From positions 29,884,001 to 29,948,000 of the forward strand of contig NC_073387.1 in NCBI RefSeq assembly GCF_028641065.1: a stretch of 64,000 nucleotides of DNA. The letters are read 5' to 3'. Positions 12,977-25,965 of the stretch are shown in pieces. Source of the stretch: Leucoraja erinacea. Taxonomy: Eukaryota. How positions within the stretch are numbered: the first letter of the stretch is position 1; each line of letters begins with the position of its first letter. Position numbers and translations under genes: made by a program. The notes beneath the pieces were generated by a model, which did no database searches, was not told where the DNA came from, and worked only from the letters and a program-made list of their open reading frames with translations.

Positions 12977-14650
12977 TCAAGGAAGTAGCCCCAGAAATAG
13001 TGGTAATTTTTCAAAACTCTTTAGGTTTTGGAGTAGTTCCTGAGGATTAGAGGGTAGCTAATGTAACCCCACTTTTTAAAAAGGGAGGGAGAGAGAAAAC
13101 GGGGAATTACAGACCAGTTAGTTTAACATCGGTAGTGGGGAAACTGCTAGAGTCAGTTATTAAAGATGGGATAGCAGCACACGTGGAAAGTGGTGAAATC
13201 ATTGGACAAAGTCAGCATGGATTTATGAAAGGTAAATCATCTGATGAATTTTATAGAAGGCTTTTCGAGGATGTAACTAGCACATAGAGTGGAGTAAGGA
13301 GAGAACTGGCCAGTGGAGCAAAGAGTTATATAACTGGACTTTCAGAATGAAGGCTTTCGACCGAAGGCTCAGTGCCACATGAAACAGATTAGATATACAC
13401 AACTGTGAAAGCACACGGTATTGGGGGTAGGCTCAGTATTGGGATGTGGATAGAGAACTGGCTGGAGGACACTTTGGTGGCAAAAAAAGAGTAGGAGTTA
13501 CTGAATGGGGCCTTTACAGAATGGCAGGGTGTGATTTAGTGGGGTACCCGCAAGGCTCTGTGCAGCGGGACCCCAGCTATTATTTTTACATGTATATATA
13601 TTAATGATTTGGGGGGGGGGGGGAACTTTTGAAATGCTGGAACATCTCCAAGTTTGCGGAGGACATGAAGCTGGGGGGCAGCGTTAGCTGTGAGGAGGAT
13701 GTTAGAAGGCTGCAAGGTGACTTGGATCGGAGGCTGCTACTGCGGGTCTGCGGATGGCGCACCGGGAGCCCGCGGCTCCCTGGAGGGAGACCGCTTTCCG
13801 GGCAAATGCATGCAATGGCGGATGCAGTATAATGTGGATAAATGTGAGGTTATCCACTTTGGTGGCAAAAACAGGAAATTAGACTATTACCTGAATGGTG
13901 GCCGATTAGGAAAAGGGGAGATGCAACGAGACCTGGGTGTCATGGTACACCAGTCATTGAAAGTACACATGCATGTGCAGCAGGCAGTGAAGAAAGCGAA
14001 TGGTATGTTAGCATTCATACCAAAAGGCTTTGAGTATAGGAGCAGGGAGGTTCTACTGCAGCTGTACAGGGTCTTGGTGAGACCACACCTGGAGTATTGC
14101 ATACAGTTTTGGTCTCCTAATCTGAGGGAGGACATTCTTCCCATCGAGGGAGTACAGAGAAGGTTCACCAGACTGATTCGTGGGATGTCAGGACTTTCAT
14201 ATGAAGAAAGACTGGTTAGACTCGGCATGTACTCGCTAGAATTTAGAAGATTGAGGGGGGGTCTTATAGAAATGTACAAAATTCTTAAGGGGTTGGACAG
14301 GCTAGATGCAGGAAGATTGTTCTCGATGTTGGGGAAGTCCAGAACAAGGGGTCACAGTTTAAGGATAAAGGGGAAATCTTTTAGGACTGAGATGAGAAAA
14401 ACATTTTTTTACACAGAGAGGGGTGAATTTCTGGAATTCTCTGCCACAGAAGGTAGTTGAGGCCAGTTCATTGGCTATACTTAAGAGGGAGTTAGATGCG
14501 GCCCTTGTGGCTAAAGGGATCAGGGGGTATGGAGAGAAAGCAGGTACAGGATACTGAGTTGCCATGATCAGCCATGATCATATTGAATGGCGGTGCAGGC
14601 TCGAAGGGCCGAATGGCCTACTCCTGCATCTATTTTCTATGTTTCTATGT
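12977..14650 (+). mobile_element. CR1 LINE, 5'-truncated
   Basis: NYRPVSLTS region at ~13100; ORF 13690-14460 (YNVDKCEVIHFG, LVRPHLEYCIQFWSP); (ttctatgt)n tail. 13240-13640 is garbled. Confidence 0.93.
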
Positions 14651-14669
14651 TTCAGACTGCTGATTGGTT

Positions 14670-15000
14670 GATGTCTCACCAGCAGTTGGAGATAAAAAGG
14701 TCCAGAGAGAGTAGATTGCTGCCTGGTGGAGTCCAGGATGAGGAGGAATGTTGGAGACAGGAGAAGAGGTCATCACTGGCTGGTGAGGACTGCTTCCCAG
14801 AGAAGAAGATAGAAGAAGGCACGGAGGCAGAGGCAATGGGAGAAGAGTTCTCCGTCATGGTGAATGCAGAGGTGGGGGCGGAGAGGTACAAAGATGAGGC
14901 TACTGCTGAGGACAGACCATTCTGCCTCAGAAAGGGGGAGGTTTGGGTGGGATGGTGAAAACACGACAGGGATGAGGGCTCGGGTCAGAGGGGTGGAAGG
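14670..15000 (-). mobile_element. Penelope-like ORF fragment (N-terminal to RT)
   Basis: PNLPLSEAEWSVLSSSLIFVPLRPHL followed by a SSWTPP-like segment, resembling vertebrate Penelope ORFs. Confidence 0.7.
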
Positions 15001-15144
15001 AGGCTTGGGTGAGGTACTGTGGGGGAATGATGGGGGTACAGAAAGGAGGGGGTTGTGAGGAGTGATGTATGGGTGAAAGGTGGTAGGGGTAATGTGGCTT
15101 AGAGACAGGGAAGGGTAGCAGGACACAGTGGTACCATTATTGAG

Positions 15145-15460
15145 GGTTTTTTGTATCAAAAATAATTTATTTGATTACAAACACGATACAAAAACCAAAA
15201 TAAACCAAAACCGTGGTGACACACCCACCACCATATTAAGAAGTCACCAAACAATTCAGACATTAAATTACAAATAACTATGTTACGAATAACACCACCC
15301 TCTCGAACACCACCTGGGTGCAGACGTAACCCCGGTAAATGGGCAAGCACCTGGCTCGGACAAAGCCCTCTTCCACCTGGCGCCGTGACTGGCGGATGGC
15401 CAGCTTGGCCAGGCCTAGGAGCAACCCAAACAGGACATCTTCGGCCCTGCCCACTCCCTA
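15145..15460 (-). mobile_element. Tx1-type LINE 3' end
   Basis: Minus strand LGLAKLAIRQSRRQV...RCLPIYRGYV..QVVFE, then 3' UTR with aataaa and an A-rich end. Confidence 0.65.
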
Positions 15461-17369
15461 AATCCTTTGGTCATTGACAGCAGAGCCACTCCTCCCCCTA
15501 TGGATCCTAGGTGGAGTGGCGGTGCTCCTTGCCCTCTGGATCCTGGCTACAAGGGCCGCTCTACTGGTATCTCTACTATCAATAGGAACGACGTTGGTCT
15601 TGGAGTCCTTCTCCAGATCGTCCACCATTATTGAGGTTGGAAGGCGGGAGGAGTAGGACCCAGGATAGTCAGCAGGAGGGTCAGACTGCATGGTGTTGGA
15701 GCCGACAGCGTGGAGGCTCTTGGACTTGAGGTGACCCTGTAACTGGGTAGATCTGTACCGCTGCGCCACCCTGCTGCCCCAATTGAATAAGACATTTTGA
15801 GCCTAGTGCGTGAGTGAATTTAATTGCAGAGAGTGAGACAGTGAGTTGGTTGTACAAAACTGGTTCAGGTCCCTTACAGAAATTTAATTTTGATATTTAA
15901 TCTTTTGTATAAGTTTAAGTTGTTAAAACTAGAGGCCCAATCAAAAATCAGTTGATGGAAATGCTACAAAGAGCAGAATCAATGTTTAAGCAAAACCACC
16001 AAAATGGATTGTCTGATCAATTTGTGGGATCCAGTATACATGTTACCTGCCATATTTATCAATAAAACAAGTGGCAACATTTCAAAAGTAATTTTTAGAT
16101 TTACTTGGGACAACCTCAGGGTGTAAAAGGTGCAATATAAATATGTTGTTTGTGCATGAGGTATTCAGCATTTTAAAAAATATATATTTTAATTTACCAT
16201 ACAAACTATATTGAAAAGAACCTTCAAGCTGCTTTCACGCCACTAAATAGGATATCTTTTTACTTGGACTTCTCTCTGCACAAATACTTAATTTATGGAA
16301 ACAGTATCTCCTTAAATATTTGTACACATTCACAGTGGTCCATTGCAGAAAAATGTGATTGGTTTTGTATTTTATTGCTGGGTTTGGCATGTCGTAAACA
16401 ATCTATTCAAGAGGCTCCGTGCAAAAGCAACGGTCCGTTTCTCAGGAATCGCTCCATTTGTATTTCAGTGGGGATAAATACATCTGCTTTGTGAGATAGG
16501 CAAACAATCATGATAGTATGTGCATAGTGTATGGTTTTGACAGATAGGACAAATAGATACTTGGTGTTTCATCCCATTCTCAGAAAGGATTTCCATGCTA
16601 TTTACGGTAATAATCGTTATTTGAAACCCTCTTGTTGACGACTATGCCGAAGCACTTCTGTAAACAACCCCAGTTTAATCACTGCCTCTGTCCTGTGTCT
16701 TATTTATTGCATCATCTATCACAAAATAATGGCTCTAGTTAAATTGTGACCAAATTGAATGATCCCAATACACCAAGAGGTCATTGGGGTTAGGTTCACG
16801 GAATTACACTTTCAGGCTGTGTGATAACACTTCAGAGATTCTCTCTAACTGACAGACCCAATTCATGTGCATCCTATCTATAGAGGCACCCATTGCTATC
16901 CATATTTGATTGCATATTGATTGCCCCTCACTTCAAGAATGGAGGTGATTTTTCTTTTTTGGTTTATTTCCCTTCTTGAAATATGCATTTTGCAGGTATT
17001 TACATAGTGAAATTATAAAACAATAATATTTTGTGATTCTGATGTATTTAACCAGTCACAAGGCACAGAAAACATCGTTGTAATGTAACTCAGCCATTGT
17101 AGAATAGTGATGAAATAATGTTTTCTATTCTTAGAGCATCGAAGGTAGAATATAAAACAGTACACCCTCCCAAAATACAACATCTAACACTAGCCCAGAT
17201 TAAACCCCATTCTCTGCTCATATATGTAACTAAATTGTGCTGTGTCCTTCTTGACTGTCCACAACTCCACCAATTTTTGCATCATCTGTACACTTTCTAA
17301 ATAAACCATCTACATTTTCATCCAAGTCTTTTACTTATATCACAAATAATAGAGGTCCCAGCACTGATG

Positions 17370-18460
17370 GCTGAGCCTTCAACACCATAATCCCAACCAA
17401 ACCCATCTCCAAACTCGTGGATTTAGAACTCAGCAGCCCCGTCTGCAACTGGATCCTCGACTCCCAATCCATAGCCCACAATCAATGAGGGTGGGTGACA
17501 AGGCATTCTCCATAGAAATTCTCAACACTGGTGCCCTACAAAGATGTGTTCTCAGCCCCATACTATATTCCATGTGGCCAATGTCTAGTTCCATTGTAAG
17601 TTTGAAGATGACGCCACTATTGTGGGTCAGATCTCAAATAATAATGAGATGGAGTACTAGAAGGAGATAGAGAGCTGCCTAACATAGTCCAGTCAGATGA
17701 AGGGTCTCGACCCGAAACGTCACCCATTCCTTCTCTCCAGAGATGCTGCCTGTCCAGCTGGGTTACTCCAGCTTTTTGTGTCTATCTTCTGCCTAACATG
17801 GTGTCAAGACAAAAACCTCTCCCTCAATGTCAGCAAGATGAAGGAGCTTGTTATTGACTTCATGAAATGGGGTGGAACTCCACACCAATGCATCTAGATC
17901 CTCAGAAGACTAAGGAAGTTCAGCATCTTTCCAACGACACTTACCGACTTCTATAGATGAAACCGTAGAAAGCATCCTATCAGGATGCATCAGAGGTTGG
18001 GTCGGCAACAGCTCTGCCCAAGACCACAAGAGATTGCATAGAGTTGTCCAGCTACACTTAACGCTTCCTTGAGAAAGCAGGCAATATAACCACGGACCTT
18101 GTTCATCCCGTTTATTCCCACTTTCTACTCCCCCCCCCCCTCAGGCAAAAGATACAAATGTTTTAATTAGATACCACCAGATCAGTACTGAACAGTCCTC
18201 TCTTAAGCTAGATCTCTCAACCTAGTCCTGATCTCTCAACCTAGTTCATTGCGGACCTTGCATTTGTGTTTTGCACTTTTTCTGTAACTGTAACATTATA
18301 ATGTGGTAACACAATATTCTGCACTCTAGTACTTTTTTCTTTGCACTACCTGTTGTACTTGTATATGGCTTGAATATAGTATCATTTGCTGGATAGCACA
18401 CAAAGATTTTCAATGTATCTCGATACTTGTGACATTAATAAACCAATACCAATATACCAC
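17370..18460 (+). mobile_element. Rex1/Babar-type LINE remnant
   Basis: NTGALQRCVLSPILYS, WCQDKNLSLNVSKMKELVIDF; 3' tail ccaataccaata. Confidence 0.82.
17686..17788 (+). mobile_element. Penelope-terminus short insertion with hammerhead-like motif
   Basis: 11-bp TSD ctgcctaacat (17675-17685, 17789-17799); cagatgaagggtctcgacccgaaacgtc. Confidence 0.82.
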
Positions 18461-18469
18461 AAGTCGCAG

Positions 18470-19210
18470 ACCACCAGTCCGAATAACATCTATCCACCAC
18501 TACCTTCTATGGGAAAGCCAGTTCTGAATCCAAACTACCAAGTTACCATGGATCCCATGAAATGTAATCTTTCTGGATCAGCCTTCCATAAGGGATCTTG
18601 TCAAATGCCTCATGTAAGTTAATGCAGATAACATCCACCACCCACCTCGCATCAATCACCTTCGTCATCGCCTCAAAAAACTCAATCGAGATTGTAACAC
18701 ATGGCCCGCTCTGCATAATGCCATGACAACTGTTGTAAACCATTCCCTTCCAAATGTAAGTGACTCTTATCCCCAAGAATACTCTCCAACAGCTTCCCTC
18801 TCACTAATGTGAGACTCACTGGCCTATAATTTCCTTAATTATCTCTATTTCCATGCTTGATTAATGGAACAAACAATATTGGCCACTCTACAATTCTCCT
18901 GGAACTCACTTCTTGTTCGAGAGGGTGCAAATATATTTGTCAGGGCCTCTAAATTTAATATCTTACTTCTTTTAATAATCTGGGATAGACCCCTTCAGAT
19001 CCTGGTGACTTATCTGCCTTAATGCTCTTCAAGAGAACCAATAATACCTCTTACTTATACTGCCTTAGCATATTAGTATACCCCTCACTGGTCCCACTAT
19101 CTTCCATGTCTTTCTCCTTGATAAATACTAAAGCAAAGATACTTGTTTACTTCCCCACCTACATCCTCTGATTCTAAGCATTAAATCCACTCATGTATCC
19201 TTGAATGGTT
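18470..19210 (-). mobile_element. Degraded CR1 RT fragment
   Basis: IEFFEAMTKVID..VDVI..AFDKIPYGRLIQK; NYRPVSLT at ~18800. Confidence 0.8.
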
Positions 19211-21695
19211 CCGACCTCTGGTTTTAATGTATGTGATAATTATGTAAGTACAAACCAATCTTTACCAGATTTCTTTCATTTATGATAGATCTGTTGATTA
19301 CACTCCTTGTTGTGTGAATCAAACCTGATATCTAATGAATTAGAAAAAACTCAAAATATTGGCAGACTGGGTACAATACAAATTTCTTAAGCAATTCTAA
19401 TAATTTACTGGACATATTGTATTTGGTTAATCACTAAATGCTAATGAAGCCTCTGTCTTTATTGCGTGTGGTGCGAAAACAATAAAATTGCTAAAAATAT
19501 TTATCTCGAGGGACCAAAATCCATTAAGTGCAGCAGATTTAACGTTGTGATGATCAAATGCCTTTGAGGCATCTTCCTTTGGGATGTTGATGGTACCAAT
19601 GAGTCCTTACGTCAAAATGATTTTTACTCTTCTGACAATTCGAGGGAAACAAATGCACTGCAACTTTTCATTGTAATATAAAAGGCAGGAAGGCAGTTGA
19701 TTACACTATTATCGTGGTATCCACTGACACATTTGAAAATAGGCAATGAACATTTTTATTTTATTTTTCATACTAACCTTTATAAGACACCACACTCATC
19801 CAACCCCAGTGGTTTTTAGATTTGGAGATCTTCTTCTCCAAGTTTAAAAATTTAATGGAAATTGGTTCTCAATTACACTCACTATGGAATAAGATGGAGT
19901 GTAACAGAGCTGACAACTTAATGAAAAAGCAGCTTGGGAAAGTTGATAGTGCCTCACTTCTGGGCCAGTGCTAAGTTCCCAATTTTTTTTTTTGTTTGTT
20001 TCATTTTAATTCATTCCTTGTTATTTTGTATTTGTGGACCTAATAACCAGACTGCAATTAAATATGTGATGAATGACAAGTCCTCCATCCTACAAAATTT
20101 TAAATGTGTCTTAATGCTATAGTTTTGGTCTCAGATCTCACACTTGCAAGACCTAATCTAAGGAATTATGCTTTGTACCAATGATCATGAGAAACAGGAG
20201 CATGGAGTATTAGAATTTACAGTACAGGAATGATCCTTCATCCCACCAAGTCTACACCATCAAGCAACCACCCGTTGATATTAATTCTACATTATAATAT
20301 ATTTTTTTACTCTCCCCCACATCCCCCCCTTGGATTCCATTACTCACCTACAAACTACGGTGAATTTATATGGTCAGTTAAAGTGCCTATCCTCACATCT
20401 CTGGAGTGTGGGACAAAACCATGTAGTCACAGGGAGAACATGCAAACTCCACGCAGACAGGACTCAAGGTCAGAATTGAACCAGGAGTTTGGCGCTGTGA
20501 GACAGTGTCTCTCCTAGTTGTCTTATCCTTCATCGTGATCATGCTGATCACCTACCTTAGTACCAGTTTCCAGCTGTTGGTATATCTCCTGACTCCCTGA
20601 AAGTCCAGAACCCTGGCAAATTTCATTTTGAGTGAATTCACTGAGTGAGCCTTCATAGTCCAGTGGTGTAAAGAACTCGAAAGGGTTACCAAACTCCAGG
20701 TGAAGCAATCTTTCCTTATCACAGCCCTACATGAAAGACCTTTTACTGTTTTAGATCTTCCTTATCAGGGGATACATTTTTACATTGATCTCCGTGAGAA
20801 TTAATAATCCTGTAAATTATGACTCCTGTCATTTTTAGAGTTTGTGATTCAATTTTATCTAGTATTTTGGAGGGAAAGTTTTCTTACTGTGTTCTTGTAA
20901 CAATAATAACAATATCAGCTTTTAATTGTACATGCTTTTAACATAACATCACAATTGGTGACAGTTACAGAACAGAATATGTTGAGGGATTAAAAGACTA
21001 AGTATTCATATTCATATTAATACATTCAGTAAATTTAAGATAATTGTAAAACCAGCTTCACTGCTTCTTCTCTAGCTAATCAGTGTAGTTATTCATTTAG
21101 TGGATTTAGAGTAATAATTTTGATGAATAGTCATAGGAGTCAGCTCTGGTTTGCTATTCTTGACTCTGATTCAAAAAGCTTTGATTTTAACATAAAGAAC
21201 AAAAAATGCTCAATATCCTTAGCAGGTCAGGCCTCACCAGAGGCTCAGGCCTCAGCAAGTAAGCGCACCAGACCTTAGTCATTTTAATTTGCAAAAAGGA
21301 TGGCAAGAGGGATGGACTGGACAAAGGGAATGTGTGTGATTGTGCGAGACCAAGGAATTTGGGCATGACTGGTTATTTTGATACTTTCGTTGTGGGTGAG
21401 ACCAAGTCAAATGGGTATTCAGTTGGCTAGCATAGTTCGTCACTCTCCAGAGGCTTTATCATGTACTGTAATCTTCCCTAATACAATGCTGGTAGAGCAT
21501 TGGACTGTCAGAGGTGCTGCTTTCCAAACTTACAGGTAGACATAAATGATGCCATGCCACTATCTCTTTGTAAAATATCACGGATGTAGTATCAAATGTT
21601 CCTATCACAAAAACAATCTAATTGCCTGTCATGATCAAATGTGTTTTTTGCTCATTTGCTACACTACATCTGCAAAGATGATACTGACTCTCAGT

Positions 21696-21723
21696 CTGAG
21701 GAAGGGTCTCGACCCGAAACGTC
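21696..21723 (+). ncRNA. Minimal hammerhead-ribozyme-like motif in a Penelope terminus (insertion 21686-21784)
   Basis: CUGAGGA-A-GGGU(CUCG)ACCC-GAAAC-GUC core is intact, with palindromic ACGU in place of stem III. Stem I is only ~2 bp. Confidence 0.55.
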
Positions 21724-21844
21724 ACCAATTCCTTTTCTCCAGAGATGCTGTCTGACCTGCTGAGTTACTCCAGCTTTTTGTGTCATACTTCAAACAGTCC
21801 TTTGTATACTAGTGTTTTGAAAGAGGTGGTTACAGAAATAGAAA

Positions 21845-22560
21845 GATCCATTGTTGATAATCTACCAGAATCCTTTAGATTTCAGGTTGTTCGCAATGGA
21901 CTGGAGGATAATTAATGGTTTAACATAATGTTTGTAAAATTGAAGGAAGAAAAATAAGGCATACACGTCATTTTGCCTTGCATCAGCTGTTGGTAAATTC
22001 CTGGAATCCATTATTAAGGAAGATATTACAGCAGACTTAAAAAGTCATAATAAAATGAGGCAGAGTCAACATGATTTTAAGAAAGGAAAATTATGTTTGA
22101 CAAATCTAATAGTGTTTTTTTGCGAACGCAGCTGGCAGGGAAGATAAATGGGAACCATTTATCTCTGGATTTTCAAAAGGCATTTGATAGCATATCACAT
22201 AAAATTTGTAGAGTAAGGGAGAAGCAGCCAAGCTGATTTTATAATTAATTTAAATTGATGATTGCAACAAATTTAAATATTAATACTTAGTCCGTCTTCT
22301 TAATTTCTCACAATGTTTTTGTACTATTTTACAATTATGAAACCCATCGTGATGTTATGAGATTGTCACAAGGTTGATTCCTGGAATGAAGGGTGTGTTG
22401 TGGAAGGGGGTATTAAGTATATTCGGCCTGCCCTCTCCTAGTTGTAGATGAATGTTGTGATCTCATTGAAATGTCCAAATTTTTATGAGGCTTTATAGAA
22501 TGCAGAGTTGATGTTTCTCCAAGCTAAGGTGTCTAGAACCAGGCGTTAGTCTGCAAAATA
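21845..22560 (+). mobile_element. Highly degraded CR1
   Basis: cagagtcaacatgattt..aaaggaaaattatgtttgacaaatcta and ctggattttcaaaaggcatttgat are CR1 RT motifs. Confidence 0.7.
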
Positions 22561-22904
22561 TGGCCTGTGAAATTGTGTCAAGGAGGTATGAAGAACCCTC
22601 ACAATAGCTTGTGCTTAAACCTATATTTTACACAACTCTAGTTCCTTAATTCAGTTCCACTGGTTAAGGGCAAATTGAATGAGACACCATTTATTGAAAG
22701 CAGAAATTGAATTTCTGTCCTAATTCCGTCATAGAGGAGAAATTCTTAAGAAATAAATAAAACCATTGGAGGTTAAAATTGTATCAAAGGTGTTCACATT
22801 TACACAAATGTAGTACACAAGCTCAGCTTAATGGAAAGATTGTTCCAAAGGCTAAACTTAGTCAATGTCTACAAAAAACCTTGATATATGATCCCACCCT
22901 GTCA

Positions 22905-23484
22905 TGGTATGGTACTTAATATGTCACGTGCACGGAGGTACAATGAAATTCATTTTTATATATAGTTCAGTACAAGTATCACAATACATAGGCACTTAGA
23001 TACATCTTAGATAAGCATCTCAGATACAGTACAAGTGTATAGCAGTAATACACTAAGACAGTATACAGTGTCGCCAGTTTGGTGCCATTTTCAAGTTCCA
23101 GTTGTTGTAAGGGCAGGGTTCTTGACCTGACCATGCAGGCCCGTTGTCTTGCAGGTTGTAGGGTCGGCCTGGCCAAGCGCAGCTGCGATGTCCTCTGCCT
23201 CTGCTCCACCACTGTACGCCGCGTGCAGGTCACGTACTCGTCCTCTTGGAGTGGCGCCCGGACCAGCCGAGCCCCAGGCTGTCACAGGGCCTCCAGCGGC
23301 CCATTCCACCATCGAGGCGGTGCACTGCCTCCCACAGCCGGTCTGCTTACCAGCCCTCTGTCTGACTCCTTCCACTCTAGTCGGGCAAGCCGGGCCTTCC
23401 AGATGGGTTCCCAGTCCATGGCGTGGGTCTTCGATCCATGGCGGGCAAGTCAGGCCCACCAGACGGGTTCCGGTCTGCGGCCTC
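22905..23484 (-). mobile_element. GC-rich non-autonomous retroposon with Rex1-like tail
   Basis: Minus-strand tail gaatttcattgtacctccgtgcacgtgacatattaagtaccatacca; GC-rich body at 23090-23484. Confidence 0.6.
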
Positions 23485-23606
23485 ATTATGAAGAAGTGTC
23501 TCGATCCGAAATGTCACCTATTCCTTCTATCCAGAGATGCTGTTTGTCCCGCTGAGTTACGCCAGCATTTTGTGTCTATCTTTGGTGTAAACCAGCATTT
23601 GCAGTA
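23485..23606 (+). mobile_element. Penelope-terminus fragment
   Basis: tgaagaagtgtctcgatccgaaatgtcacc...gctgagttacgccagcattttgtgtctatc...cagcatttgcagt. Confidence 0.75.
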
Positions 23607-24359
23607 CTATCTTAAACTAAAATAAAGCCACTGGTGATTAAAATTGCACCAAAGATGATTACATTCTCAAAAATGTACTACAATAGCTCAACTCAATGGA
23701 AAGATTGTTCCAAAGGCAACATCTAATCAATGTCTAATAAAAAAAAAAACCTTGATATGATGATGCCGCCCTGTTATAAGGAGTTTGCCATCAATGTGAA
23801 TTGTATTGGCTGTTATATTACATGACATTGCAGAAAACTTAAATCAACAAACTTTGTTTTCTGTTTGAAGTGAAGTTATATCATTGATGCAAAGACCGTC
23901 ACAATGGTCCTCCTTTCCACACAGGGGTATGAAATAGTTAATTGTGCTCAATGAAATCATGTTAAGCTGTTTTTGTAACAGTGCTATTATCAAGTGAAAT
24001 AGCTGACAAAGTAAATCAGTCAAACCAAAGATTGTCTCTGACTTTTGAACACCTTCTTAGACCAAAGATTGACCCCAATTTGCCACCACACTGTGTCCAC
24101 AGTGATGAATAGTATGAGCATAACAACCCAGATTACATCATTACTGGAGCCAGAATGAATACACACCCAGTGGACTTTGTTTGTCCTCTCAGTTATTCAA
24201 AGAGTCAGCAGCAGAATTTTCCTTCTTCACGGCATCCAATGCTTAACCCATTGATTTCCTGAAAATTGTTTTGACTTTATCCTCTCAATTTTTTCTCTCT
24301 GATGTGCACTTTAGGAAGGATTTTTTTTGTATGGAAATTACCATGTAAACTCAGCACTC

Positions 24360-25030
24360 AATAAATAACAAAAAAAACAAACAATAAAAAAGCTCAATTT
24401 TAAAAAAATAGTGCAAAACAAAAACAAAGGCCAAAGGCCTCAGTACAACCAACATAGTTCATAGTTTGAAGTTTAGTTGGACTTCATAGTGTTCAATAGC
24501 CTGATGGTTGTTGGGGAGAAAACATCACAATTTCCAGTATAACTTCTTCAAGATGGGTGGAATGAAGTGAGAGTGTGGTCAGTTTGATGTGTTGCCAGGT
24601 TCTGTGATGATGCTGGCTACCTATAGATCCCTTTCATAGTGGGGAGGTCAGGACTCATGATGGTGGGGTAGTGTCCACCACTTTTTGCGATCTTCATCGT
24701 TACTGGGCATTCGACTTTCCAAAACAGCCTGTGATGCAACCACTGTGAGGTACACCTGTAGAAGTTCAAAAGAGAATGCGTCAACCTACCAAATTTCCTT
24801 AATCTAAGGAACCAGAAGCATAGAGCTCACAGCCTTGAGCTGTGTTGATGGTTATCAAGGAGGAAATATTGTTGCCAATTCATGTCAATTGTGCTCTGTT
24901 GATGAGAAAGTCATGGATCCAGTTGCAAAGGGATATACAGAGACCCAGATCCATGAGCTTGGTAACAGGTTTGAAGGAGATGAGGTGTTGAACGCCAAGC
25001 TGTAGTCTATTAACAACAGCCTGACGTATG
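24360..25030 (-). mobile_element. Rex1/Babar-type LINE remnant
   Basis: Reverse complement gives VRLLLIDYSLAFNT, CNWIHDFL and SSQNLAT..HSHFIPPILK-like segments. Confidence 0.7.
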
Positions 25031-25824
25031 TGTTTTTACTTTTACATCTATTATTTCCCTTATTCCACCTACTATCTAACTATGTAGGTTGGGCCATCAT
25101 TTCAAAGTGTGATTTATATTTCATTTTCGTCTTTTAAAACTATAATTTGTGGGTTTGAGACCATATCAGATTTAAGCTTTTATTTAAATGGATGCATGGT
25201 AGCACAGGATTAATCTTTTATATTGTTAAGCTACTAAAGGAAACATACGTGTGGTGAGTGTGAAGTTAAAACTAAGAAGTCAATAATTAAAGTTAAAGTA
25301 CATAAATCAAGGATGATAGTATGTAACAGGAATTGTAAGTGCATTGGAGCAGATATTCCACTTTAGAAAAGCTAATTTAGAAATCTCCATCATAGTGGAA
25401 GTGCTCCTTGAGATTTAGTTCCAAATCCAAGGATATGTGCGTATGGTTTGCATGTAAATGTGTCAGAAGCTACCAGTTGCTTTAATGGGTCTGGCCTGAG
25501 TTATCTGATCAAGCTGGAGTAAGGTATTACGATTTTCCCCAGTCTTGCAGGGCTATTTAGTTTAGTTTAGTTTAGAGATACAGTGCAGAAACAAGCCCTT
25601 CAGCACCCCGAGTCCGCACCGACCAGCGATCCCCGTACATTAATACTACCCTACACACACTAGGGATAATTTTATATTTATACATTTATTCCAAATCAAT
25701 TAAGCTACAAACCTGTACGTCTTTGGAGTGTGGGAGGAAACCAACGTTCGGAATCTCTTGAGGCTTGGCAGGAAGGTCGACTATAATGGAATAATGTAAA
25801 GGACTTCAAGCATAATAACACAAG

Positions 25825-25965
25825 ATGGACATAAAAAGCTGGAGTAACTCAGTGGTTCAGACAGCATCTCTGGAGAAAAGGGTGACTTTTTGGGTCGAGA
25901 CCCTTCTTCAAACTGAGAGTCAGGAGAAAGGGAAACAAGAGGTATAGATGGTGATTTAGTGAGAT
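25825..25965 (-). mobile_element. Penelope-terminus fragment abutting the truncated DIRS
   Basis: gctggagtaactcag...gggtcgagacccttcttca. Confidence 0.75.

Noticed and set aside
22979-23625. Multiple overlapping 130-158-aa ORFs
   Set aside because: GC-rich repeat body with few stop codons; no protein motif.
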